Made by a program: the position numbers and the translations under genes
The notes under the pieces: generated by a model
Told to the model about the DNA's origin: nothing
Seen by the model: only the letters and a program-made list of their open reading frames with translations
Databases searched by the model: none
Shown: one piece after another, positions 1-7,746 of the stretch
Layout: every line of letters begins with the position of its first letter
How positions within the stretch are numbered: the first letter of the stretch is position 1
NCBI GenBank assembly: GCA_036659935.1
Contig: JAVXBP010000001.1
Span: 4,067 to 68,066, forward strand
DNA: 64,000 bases
Reading direction: 5' to 3'
Source: Clostridia bacterium
GTDB taxonomy: Bacteria > Bacillota > Clostridia > Christensenellales > UBA3700

Positions 1-806
1 GCGCGGTTGCGTTGGAAAAAGCTTATGAGAAATATCCCCGACCAAAGGCGATTGTCATTGTAAATTTGTATGGCAACCCTGCTGACTTTGAGCGCTTGCT
101 CGCGATTGCAAAGGCGCACGGCACTGCTGTGTTGGAAGATGCCGCGGAGAGTCTCGGCTCAAGATATAACGGAATTGCGACGGGCAGTTTTGGCGACGTG
201 TCGATTGTTTCTTTCAACGGCAACAAGATTATCACCACAAGCGGTGGCGGAATGGCGCTTGTAAATGACAAGAAAGCGCGCGACAAAATGCTGTTTTGGG
301 CGACGCAATCGCGCGAAAATTCGCTGTGGTATCAACACGAAGAAATTGGATATAATTATCGTTTGTCCAACATTTGCGCGGGCATTGGCAGGGGGCAACT
401 CACGGCGCTTGACTTGCGCGTGTGTCAAAAACGCAAAATTTTTCAAATTTATTGCGAAGAATTTGCAAACGTTGAGCAAATAAAAATGATTCCTGAGCCA
501 AAAAATTGTTTTTGCAATCATTGGCTGTCATTGATAACGCTGTCGAGAGAATGCAAAACTACATTTGTGGACATAATCAATGCGTTGGCGAAAGAAAATA
601 TCGAGAGCCGTCCTGCGTGGAAGCCTATGCATATGCAACCTGTGTATGCAAATTGCGACTTTTTCTCATCTCTCGACAAGGGGAGCGTGGCGCAAGACTT
701 GTTCGAGCGCAGTCTTTGCTTGCCAAGCGACACAAAAATGACGGAAAGCCAAGTTCGACTTGTGGCGGAAATTGTCAAGAAAACTATCGCGGAAAAAGAA
801 AAATAA
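1..806 (+). CDS. DegT/DnrJ/EryC1/StrS-family PLP-dependent sugar aminotransferase, C-terminal part (5' end outside window)
   Basis: Frame is open from the window edge. AVLEDAAESLGS...VSFNGNKIITTSGGGMAL matches the conserved PLP-lysine region of PglE/WecE-type sugar aminotransferases. Stop at 804-806. Confidence 0.85.
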   Translation, partial: AVALEKAYEKYPRPKAIVIVNLYGNPADFERLLAIAKAHGTAVLEDAAESLGSRYNGIATGSFGDVSIVSFNGNKIITTSGGGMALVNDKKARDKMLFWATQSRENSLWYQHEEIGYNYRLSNICAGIGRGQLTALDLRVCQKRKIFQIYCEEFANVEQIKMIPEPKNCFCNHWLSLITLSRECKTTFVDIINALAKENIESRPAWKPMHMQPVYANCDFFSSLDKGSVAQDLFERSLCLPSDTKMTESQVRLVAEIVKKTIAEKEK

Positions 807-826
807 AGCCAAAGCGGAAAAGGGGA

Positions 827-1537
827 ATGCATTTGTATAAGAAGTTGTGGAAAAGAATTTTCGATATAATTTTGAGCCTTGTTGGAATGATTGTGGTCAC
901 TCCTGCTTTCTTGATTTTGTTGCCGATTGTGGCGATTGCGATGCGTGGGAAGCCGTTTTTCTTGCAAACACGCGTTGGAAAAGGTGGAAAAAAATTTAAA
1001 ATTGTAAAATTGCGTACAATGACAAATGAGAAAGGCGCGGACGGAAAATTGTTGCCAGACAAAGAAAGATTGACGAAATTCGGTATGTTTTTGCGAAAAA
1101 CGTCAATCGACGAGTTGCCAGAAATGTGGAATATTCTCGTCGGGCAAATGAGCGTTGTTGGACCGCGACCGCTGTTGGAAGAATATTTGCCGCTGTATAG
1201 CGCCGTGCAAAATCGCCGTCACGAAATGCGTCCCGGTCTCACGGGGCTTGCGCAAGTGAGCGGAAGAAACGCGATTGGTTGGCAAGAAAAATTCGAAAAA
1301 GACGTGGAGTATGTTGACAATTGCTCATTGAAATTGGACGCAAAAATATTTTTTTTGACAATAAAAAAAGTTTGCAAAAGAGACGGAATCGCGCAATCGG
1401 GCGAGGCGACAATGGAATATTTTGTTGGAAATGGCAAAGACAAAATCGACAAAAATAATAATTCTTTTGACGACGAGCAAGGCGAAAAATTCCAAATAGT
1501 TGACGAAGAAAAAGCGAAAAATGACAAAAAAAGTTAG
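827..1537 (+). CDS. Small monotopic phosphoglycosyl transferase (bacterial sugar transferase, PglC/WbaP C-terminal type)
   Basis: ATG 827 follows a GGGG Shine-Dalgarno. The ORF-track start at 506 overlaps the upstream gene and is rejected. One N-terminal hydrophobic helix, then KPFFLQTRVG, KIVKLRTM, IDELPEMWNIL and VGPRP motifs. K/N/D-rich C-terminal tail. Confidence 0.9.
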   Translation: MHLYKKLWKRIFDIILSLVGMIVVTPAFLILLPIVAIAMRGKPFFLQTRVGKGGKKFKIVKLRTMTNEKGADGKLLPDKERLTKFGMFLRKTSIDELPEMWNILVGQMSVVGPRPLLEEYLPLYSAVQNRRHEMRPGLTGLAQVSGRNAIGWQEKFEKDVEYVDNCSLKLDAKIFFLTIKKVCKRDGIAQSGEATMEYFVGNGKDKIDKNNNSFDDEQGEKFQIVDEEKAKNDKKS

Positions 1538-1594
1538 CGTTCCAAATTGAAATAAAATATTGCAAAAATCAAAATCAGCAAAAGTGAGAAAAGT

Positions 1595-2563
1595 ATGCGA
1601 GAAATTAACATTTTGATAACAAGCGTTGGCAGACGAGTTGAGCTGGTCAAACTTTTTGCGCGCGCAAAATCAGCGCTTGGAGTAAGTGGCAAAATTGTGA
1701 CGGCTGATATTACAAAGACAGCGCCTGCGTTGCAATTTGGCGACGTCGCCTATATCATTCCGCGCATAAGCGACGAGAATTTTGTCCAAAGTTTGATTGA
1801 TATTTGCAACAAAGAAGACATCGCGTTGATTGTTCCGACGATTGATACCGAGCTGGAAAAGCTTGCGCAAAACAAGGAATTTATCGAAAGTCAAACGCGA
1901 GCGAAAGCGCTTGTAAGTTCGCCGCGCGTGATAGAAATTTGTAATGACAAAAGGAAAACGGCGCAATTTTTCGCTGAAAACAATTTTCTCACGCCAAGGA
2001 CTTTGACAAAATTTGACTTGCAAAAGGGGGACTACAATTTTCCACTTTTTGTAAAACCACTCAACGGAAGTAGCAGTCAAAACGCTTACAAAATTAACAA
2101 CGAAAATGAGTTGGAATTTTTCTCGGAATATGTGCCAAATGCGATAATTCAAGAGTGCGCGAGCGGAAAAGAATATACGATTGACGTTTTTGTCGACTTC
2201 GACGGGAATGTTGTGAGCGTTGTTCCGCGACAAAGATTGGCGACGCGCGCAGGCGAAATTCAAAAGGGCAAGATAGAAAAAAACGATTATTTGATAGCCG
2301 AAACAAAAAAAATGATTGCAAAACTCAAGCCGATTGGGCATATTACCGCGCAAGGTTTTCTGGGGCAAGACGGGGCTTTCCGCTTTATTGAGATAAATCC
2401 GCGCTTTGGCGGTGGCGCGCCGATGAGCATTTTGGCAGGGGCGGACAGTCCGCAATTCCTTTATCGACTTTTGCGCGGAGAAAAGTTGGAATATGTGGAA
2501 AACTTCCGCGACGGCGTTGTTTTTTCTCGCTTTGACGATTGTGTGGAAGTTGAAAATGATTGA
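1595..2563 (+). CDS. ATP-grasp domain ligase (carbamoyl-phosphate-synthase-like) of a polysaccharide locus
   Basis: 322 aa with INILITSVGRRVELVK, FVKPLNGSSSQ and IEINPRFGGG, typical of ATP-grasp enzymes. Sits between the sugar transferase and HAD genes. Confidence 0.8.
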   Translation: MREINILITSVGRRVELVKLFARAKSALGVSGKIVTADITKTAPALQFGDVAYIIPRISDENFVQSLIDICNKEDIALIVPTIDTELEKLAQNKEFIESQTRAKALVSSPRVIEICNDKRKTAQFFAENNFLTPRTLTKFDLQKGDYNFPLFVKPLNGSSSQNAYKINNENELEFFSEYVPNAIIQECASGKEYTIDVFVDFDGNVVSVVPRQRLATRAGEIQKGKIEKNDYLIAETKKMIAKLKPIGHITAQGFLGQDGAFRFIEINPRFGGGAPMSILAGADSPQFLYRLLRGEKLEYVENFRDGVVFSRFDDCVEVEND

Positions 2564-2622
2564 GGCGGTTGCGTTTGATAGCGTGGAAGTGGAAAATGAT
2601 TAAGGCGGTCGTGTTTGACTTG
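2543..2622. repeat. Imperfect 40-bp tandem duplication (2 copies) spanning the ATP-grasp stop / HAD start junction
   Basis: 2543-2582 and 2583-2622 align with 4 mismatches in the first 36 nt. Both copies contain GAAAATGATTRA (an ATG 5 nt before a stop). Confidence 0.9.
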
Positions 2623-3276
2623 GACGATACGTTGTTCCCAGAAATGCAATTTGTTGAGCAAGGTTTTGAATATGTGGCGCAAATTGTTGGCGAAAAATAT
2701 CATTTGCAAGGCGTATATCCAAGACTTTTGCAACTTTTCGAGCAAGACCACGCGAACGTTTACAACCGATTGTTGGACAGCTTTGGCATAAAATATTGCG
2801 AGAGTGATATCGCAGAACTTGCGCAAGAATATCGAAGTTGTGAGCGGACGAATTTGCAGTTTTATCCCGACACGATTGGCGTGTTGGAAGAATTGAGAAA
2901 ACACAATATTCGCATTGGAGTGATAACTGACGGCAGAATTGAGTGCCAAAAAAACAAAATTAGTTCGCTGGAAGTGGAAAAATATGTCGACTTTGTTGTG
3001 ATTACTGACAGCTTGGGCGGAGAAAAATTCCGCAAGCCACACCCGAAAGCGTTCGAGATTATGCGAGAAAAATTGCAAGTTGAGTTCAATGAGATGATCT
3101 ATGTCGGCGACAACCGCGCAAAAGACTTTGCGATTGGCGCGCTATATCCGATTGTTACTTGTGAGATTTCAAGAGCGGACAAATTGTATAGAAACAAAGA
3201 ATATTGCAATGGCATTTTGCCAAAAATAACAATCAAAACACTGTCGGAATTGTTGGAATATATAAGGAAAATGTAA
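2596..3276 (+). CDS. HAD-superfamily hydrolase
   Basis: Starts MIKAVVFDLDDTLF (HAD motif I DxDxT). Later GVITDG and YVGDNRAKDF motifs. The ORF-track start at 2560 lies in the duplicated junction and is rejected. Confidence 0.85.
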   Translation: MIKAVVFDLDDTLFPEMQFVEQGFEYVAQIVGEKYHLQGVYPRLLQLFEQDHANVYNRLLDSFGIKYCESDIAELAQEYRSCERTNLQFYPDTIGVLEELRKHNIRIGVITDGRIECQKNKISSLEVEKYVDFVVITDSLGGEKFRKPHPKAFEIMREKLQVEFNEMIYVGDNRAKDFAIGALYPIVTCEISRADKLYRNKEYCNGILPKITIKTLSELLEYIRKM

Positions 3277-3362
3277 TAAAAAAGATATTATACAAAAAGC
3301 AATCGAGCTGTTGAAATATATAATATTAAAAAAAACACTGTCGGAATTGTTGGAATATATTA
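3235..3362. repeat. Direct repeat: the last ~30 nt of the HAD gene are re-copied 97 bp downstream
   Basis: AAAACACTGTCGGAATTGTTGGAATATAT occurs at 3235-3263 and again, identical, at 3332-3360. Related TGTTG(G)AA(A)TAT words are near 3309 and 3380. Confidence 0.9.
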
Positions 3363-3413
3363 GAAAAAATTAAAAAAAGCTGTTGGAAAATAAAAGGAAA
3401 ATAAAAGGAAAAT

Positions 3414-4493
3414 ATGAAAATTTTGTTGATAGGGAATTCTCCTGCAGGAATGTTGCTTTTCCGAGAAGAACTGATAATGCAACTGAGAAAGGAAAATGAG
3501 ATTGCGATAATTTGTCCAAATGGCGACGAGCAACAAAATGCGCGATTGAGTGAGTTGGGCGAATTTTTCCCAGTGGAAATGGAAAGACGAGGAAAGAATG
3601 CACTGCAAGATATCAAGCTTGTGGCAGAATATAGGCGAATTGTCAAAAAGTTTGCGCCCGACAAGCTCATAACTTATACCGTCAAATGCAACATTTATGG
3701 CGGAATGGCTTGCCCACGAAGCGTTGAGTTTTTCCCGAATGTTACGGGGCTTGGAAGGTCATTCCAAGGCGGAGCGATGACGCGCCTTGTCACTTTTCTC
3801 TACAAAATATCCGTCAAAAAGAAAGCGAAAAAAGTATTTTTCGAGAACTGCGCCGACAAGGCAGTTTTTGTTGAGCGGAGCATTGTAAATCAAGAAAATG
3901 CAATCGTTTTGAATGGCGCTGGCGTAAATCTCGACAAGTTTGCTTACAAATCGTTGGAAAAAAATGAAGTTACAAAATTTGTTTTTGTAGGCAGAATTAT
4001 GCGAGAAAAGGGCGTTGACGAGCTTTTGTGGGCAATCGCCGAGATGAAAAAAATCAACGCGCAGGCGCAATTTGTTTTTCTTGGCGAAATGGAAGAAGAT
4101 TATCGACCGCAAATTGACGACTTTGTCGCGCGCGGCTGGCTTGAATGGCGTGGAATGGTCGCGAATGTCGCGGAAGTTCTCTGGCAAAGCGATTGCTTGG
4201 TGTTGCCAAGTTATCACGAAGGAATGAGCAATGCAATTCTTGAGGCATGCAGCTGTGGGCGAGCCGTTATCGCCAGCGATATAAATGGTTGCAAAGAAGG
4301 AGTAATTGACGGGGAAAGTGGCTTTGTGTGCAAGGTTCAAGACAAAAAAAGTCTCTTTGATTGCTTGATGAAATTTGTCAATTTGAGTTGGCAAGAAAAA
4401 TCAAATTTTGGAAAAAATGGTCGCGCGCTTGTCGAAGAAAAATTCGACAAACAAAAAGTCGTGCAGGCGACAATCAAAGAATTGTTCGAGTAA
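3414..4493 (+). CDS. GT4-family (GT-B, group 1) glycosyltransferase
   Basis: 359 aa. C-terminal LPSYHEGMSNAILEACSCGRAVIASDINGCKEGVIDGESGF matches the EX7E region of group-1 glycosyltransferases. Confidence 0.9.
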   Translation: MKILLIGNSPAGMLLFREELIMQLRKENEIAIICPNGDEQQNARLSELGEFFPVEMERRGKNALQDIKLVAEYRRIVKKFAPDKLITYTVKCNIYGGMACPRSVEFFPNVTGLGRSFQGGAMTRLVTFLYKISVKKKAKKVFFENCADKAVFVERSIVNQENAIVLNGAGVNLDKFAYKSLEKNEVTKFVFVGRIMREKGVDELLWAIAEMKKINAQAQFVFLGEMEEDYRPQIDDFVARGWLEWRGMVANVAEVLWQSDCLVLPSYHEGMSNAILEACSCGRAVIASDINGCKEGVIDGESGFVCKVQDKKSLFDCLMKFVNLSWQEKSNFGKNGRALVEEKFDKQKVVQATIKELFE

Positions 4494-4765
4494 AAAAATT
4501 CCGCGAGCAAAAATGCAAGTTGCAAAAATTTGAAAAGAAAACGAAAAGTCGCAAAGTAAAAAAGAAAGAAGTAGAAAAGCCACGAGATAAAAAAGTTAAA
4601 AAAAGATGTCTTTTAAATGCGTTTTGAGTTGTTGCAAAACAAAAGTGGTCGCATTGAAAAAAATTGCAAATTTGTAACAAAATTATATTATTAGGTAATT
4701 TCTCTTAAATCATAGTTATATTTGCGGTGTGTTCACAATCTTATATTACAACGCTCTCATTCTTG

Positions 4766-4794
4766 TTGACATAAGAAAACAAAAAGAATATAAT
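4766..4794 (+). promoter_or_regulatory. Consensus sigma-A-type promoter (TTGACA-17 nt-TATAAT) for the MATE gene
   Basis: TTGACA at 4766-4771, a 17-nt spacer, TATAAT at 4789-4794. A 7-bp hairpin (AACAAGG 4804-4810 / CCTTGTT 4816-4822) follows at the predicted 5' end of the transcript. Confidence 0.7.
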
Positions 4795-4836
4795 AACTTC
4801 GTCAACAAGGAAACCCCTTGTTAACAAGGATAAATT

Positions 4837-6387
4837 ATGTTGAAAAGTCGCGCCCTAAAAGCCGATATGGATATGTGTTCTCGTCCATTATTCGGCAAAA
4901 TAATTTTGTTTTCGCTTCCGCTTGTGTTCACAGGAATTTTGCAATTGCTGTACAACGCCGCGGATATTATTGTCGTTGGAAGATTTGCCGACAGCAACGC
5001 TATGGCGGCGGTTGGCTCGACCGGCGCGCTTGTCAACTTGGTGATAAATTTGTTTATTGGCTTGTCGGTGGGCGCTCTTGCCGCGATGGCGCAAGCGATT
5101 GGCTCGCGCGACGAAAAGGCTGCGGAAAAAATTGTACATACCGCCATTCTTGTCAGCGTAATTGGCGGAGTTATTGTCGGCATTTTTGGCTATTTTATGA
5201 CGGAAACATTTTTGCGTTGGATGAAAACTCCAGAAGATATTTTGCCGCTTTCGGCTATTTATCTCAAGATATTTTTTGTTGGAATGCCAGCGAATTTGTT
5301 GTATAACTTTGGCGCGTCAATTTTGCGCGCGTGTGGCGACACAAAAAACCCTTTGATATTTTTGACACTGTCGGGGCTTGTCAATGTCGCGCTTAATCTT
5401 GTTTTTGTAATAGTTTTCAAAATGAGCGTCGCTGGCGTTGCGTGGGCGACAATCATTGCGCAAGCGATATCGGCGGTGTTGGTTGTCATTTGTCTCTCAA
5501 GGCGCAAAGGCTTTGGCAAGTTGACAATCAAGCGATTGAGAATCGACAAAGGAGCGCTGTTGAAAATTATGCGCATTGGTTTGCCGGCGGGCATTCAAAG
5601 CACAATATTTTCTTTTTCCAACGTCATTATTCAATCAGCAATCAACTCAATGGGCAACGCCGCAATGGCAGGAAGCGCCGCCTCGGCAAGCATAGAAGGC
5701 TTTGTATACACGTCGATGAACGCTGTCTCGCAAGCTGCTTTGACATTTACCGGGCAAAATTATGGCGCGAACAAACGCAAAAATTGTTCGATTGTATTGG
5801 TTCAAACTATGGCGATTACGACTGTGCTTGGGCTTGTGATGGGCGTCTCGTCATATCTTGCCGCGCCGTGGCTGCTCAAAGTCTACAACACCGACCCAGA
5901 AGTCATCAAGTTTGGCGTTCAACGGCTGTTGGTCATTGGCACGACATACTTTACGTGCGGACTTATGGAAGTTTTGGTGGGCTCGTTGCGTGGCATTGGC
6001 TTGTCTTTTACGCCAATGTTTGTGTCAATTGTGGGCGTGTGCGGAGTAAGAATTTTGTGGATATATACTGTTTTTGCCGCGACGCACAATCTTATCGCGC
6101 TCTATCTTTCTTATCCTGTTTCTTGGGTCATAACGGTGATTATACATTTTGTAACGTTGCTTATCGCGCGCAATAAGGCGTTCGCAAGGTTGGAAAAAAA
6201 CAAGGGAAACAAGGATAATAATGACAAAAATAACAAAAATGACAACAAAGACAACTTTGTCACACAAAATTCTGGCGATGGACAGCGTGGCTCTGTGAAG
6301 TTGTGGGACAACAATGACAACAAGGACAACAAAGACAACTTTGTCACACAAAATTCTGTCGAAGGGCAACAAACGAGCGGAATATAA
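4837..6387 (+). CDS. MATE-family efflux transporter with an N/D/K-rich ~70-aa C-terminal tail
   Basis: 516 aa. N-terminus LFSLPLVFTGILQLLYNAADIIVVGRF and 12 hydrophobic segments are typical of MATE (NorM/DinF-like). AAGGA Shine-Dalgarno 7 nt upstream of the ATG. Confidence 0.9.
   Translation: MLKSRALKADMDMCSRPLFGKIILFSLPLVFTGILQLLYNAADIIVVGRFADSNAMAAVGSTGALVNLVINLFIGLSVGALAAMAQAIGSRDEKAAEKIVHTAILVSVIGGVIVGIFGYFMTETFLRWMKTPEDILPLSAIYLKIFFVGMPANLLYNFGASILRACGDTKNPLIFLTLSGLVNVALNLVFVIVFKMSVAGVAWATIIAQAISAVLVVICLSRRKGFGKLTIKRLRIDKGALLKIMRIGLPAGIQSTIFSFSNVIIQSAINSMGNAAMAGSAASASIEGFVYTSMNAVSQAALTFTGQNYGANKRKNCSIVLVQTMAITTVLGLVMGVSSYLAAPWLLKVYNTDPEVIKFGVQRLLVIGTTYFTCGLMEVLVGSLRGIGLSFTPMFVSIVGVCGVRILWIYTVFAATHNLIALYLSYPVSWVITVIIHFVTLLIARNKAFARLEKNKGNKDNNDKNNKNDNKDNFVTQNSGDGQRGSVKLWDNNDNKDNKDNFVTQNSVEGQQTSGI
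6241..6358 (+). repeat. Perfect 34-bp direct repeat (period 84 bp, in frame) inside the MATE C-terminal tail
   Basis: GACAACAAAGACAACTTTGTCACACAAAATTCTG at 6241-6274 and 6325-6358. Encodes DNKDNFVTQNS twice. Confidence 0.95.
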
Positions 6388-6427
6388 CAAAAAAAGCGAA
6401 AAAAGAGTTCAAATTTGTAACAATTTT

Positions 6428-6458
6428 GACGGCGGAGAGAAATCTTTGCCGTTTTTTG
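6428..6458 (+). terminator. Weak candidate rho-independent terminator after the MATE gene
   Basis: Short stem GACGGC / GCCGTT followed by a TTTTTT run. The stem is only 5-6 bp. Confidence 0.4.
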
Positions 6459-6513
6459 CGTGATTGGGACATTTGTTGAGATTGGCGCGCATATACTGAT
6501 TGCGAGGTGAAAT

Positions 6514-7662
6514 ATGAGAGATAACAAAAACGCTAACTGTCGAGAGGACAGTTTTGATTGCCTATGCGCAAATGAATTTGATAATAACGCAAGCAATTGT
6601 CCCACAGAAAACGAGTGTTGTTGCGCGGACAAGGTGAGTTGCGCAAGTGTAAATGATATAATTGAGTCGGTTGCGTTGGAGCAAACTGGCATATCGCACA
6701 TTCTCAACACAGAAGGCGAAAAGTTGCAAAAACTTTTGCAAGGCTCGCCCACAGTCAACGAAATGCTTGCCGCCAACAATTCCGTGCGCGCTACTGTCGA
6801 ACAAATCACAATGTTGGAGATTGTTCTGCTCAACAAGCTCAAGGCGGTTGTAAATCTTCCGTGCGAAGACGCCACCACGGGGAGCGTCAGAGTGTGTGTG
6901 AAATGTTGCAAAAGCAACTTGCCGTTGTGTGGAATTTTTGTGGCTATTTTGGACGAAAAAGGCGTTGTGATTGCATCTGGCGACACGAACAAGCAGGGGG
7001 CGTATACCGCCAATTGCATACCTTTTGGCAAGTATGTTGTGGAACTTATCTATCCTTGCACGGGCGAAAAAATCACGCAAGAAATAGAGTTGACTTGCAA
7101 AAAAACAAGCGCCTATGTCGCAAAATGTTTCGAATGCGAGGCGCAATGCCACACAATCGAAGTGAGTGTCGTTGATTGTAATTCTTCCGCGCCACAATGC
7201 GGCAACAAAGTTGTAATTCTTGATTGCGCCAACGCGCAGGTTGACAGCGGAGCGACAAATTGCGATGGCAAATTTGTGTCCAAATGTCTCAAAGTCGGCA
7301 AGTATACCGTCGAAGCTTATGACTGTTCTCAACTTGTCAAAAAGTCAGCCGTGGTTACTGTCCAAGAAGAAAGTTGCGTCGAAAAGGTAGAATTTTGTTT
7401 TGGCGGAAGCGCAAAGAAAATCTCTGTTTGCGGAGTTGTTACGGATAGAAATCAAAAGCCACTTGCCAACGCGTGCGTGCAAATCAACGCCAACGGACAA
7501 GAAATTGTCAAAACCGATTGCAATGGCAATTATTGTGTAAGCAATATCAGCGTGATTGACAAGTTTTCCATTTTTGCAAGTTGCAATGGCTGTTTCTCGG
7601 CGATGCGCACAGTAAATTGCATTACAATGACAAATTATGTGATAAATCTTGTCGTGAAATAG
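6514..7662 (+). CDS. Cysteine-rich hypothetical protein: Cys-rich N-terminus, helical LE..G.SHI.N.EGEK.Q module, three Cys-laden beta-sandwich-like repeats. No signal peptide.
   Basis: 382 aa with 34 Cys by my count. GAGGTGA Shine-Dalgarno upstream of the ATG. Three repeats of the pattern hydrophobic-strand...G.Y...GKY.VE resemble CarboxypepD_reg / Cna-B-like folds. Residues 48-113 are paralogous to the next gene. Confidence 0.8.
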   Translation: MRDNKNANCREDSFDCLCANEFDNNASNCPTENECCCADKVSCASVNDIIESVALEQTGISHILNTEGEKLQKLLQGSPTVNEMLAANNSVRATVEQITMLEIVLLNKLKAVVNLPCEDATTGSVRVCVKCCKSNLPLCGIFVAILDEKGVVIASGDTNKQGAYTANCIPFGKYVVELIYPCTGEKITQEIELTCKKTSAYVAKCFECEAQCHTIEVSVVDCNSSAPQCGNKVVILDCANAQVDSGATNCDGKFVSKCLKVGKYTVEAYDCSQLVKKSAVVTVQEESCVEKVEFCFGGSAKKISVCGVVTDRNQKPLANACVQINANGQEIVKTDCNGNYCVSNISVIDKFSIFASCNGCFSAMRTVNCITMTNYVINLVVK

Positions 7663-7746
7663 TCGCGAAAGTGTAAACATTTTTGCAATCGAACATATTA
7701 TGTAAGGAAGGAAAAATCCTTTAATTTATTTATGAGGTGACGATAT

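Noticed and set aside
506-826. N-terminal 107-codon extension of the sugar-transferase ORF given in the ORF track
   Set aside because: It overlaps the aminotransferase gene in another frame and has no homology signal. The family N-terminus (MHLYKKLWKRIFD, followed by a hydrophobic helix) starts at ATG 827 behind a G-rich ribosome-binding site.
4361-4627. 88-codon lysine-rich ORF (KKTKSRKVKKKEVEKPRDKKVKKR) at the end of the GT4 gene
   Set aside because: It starts inside the GT4 gene out of frame and simply translates the A-rich spacer. It has no start context. Similar poly-K/N or poly-F/L ORFs in A-rich spacers (for example 42212-42625 and 38595-38918 on the minus strand) are rejected likewise.
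6111-7031. 306-codon minus-strand ORF bridging the MATE tail, the intergenic region and the start of the Cys-rich gene
   Set aside because: It crosses a terminator-like hairpin and a promoter region. It is antisense to two well-supported genes and has a Leu/Ser-rich low-complexity translation.
7680-7710. dif-like XerCD site (ATATTATGTAA resembles the XerD arm of Bacillus dif)
   Set aside because: Only about 11 nt of one arm match. The XerC arm and central region do not, and the sequence is better explained as a promoter element shared with cwlJ.
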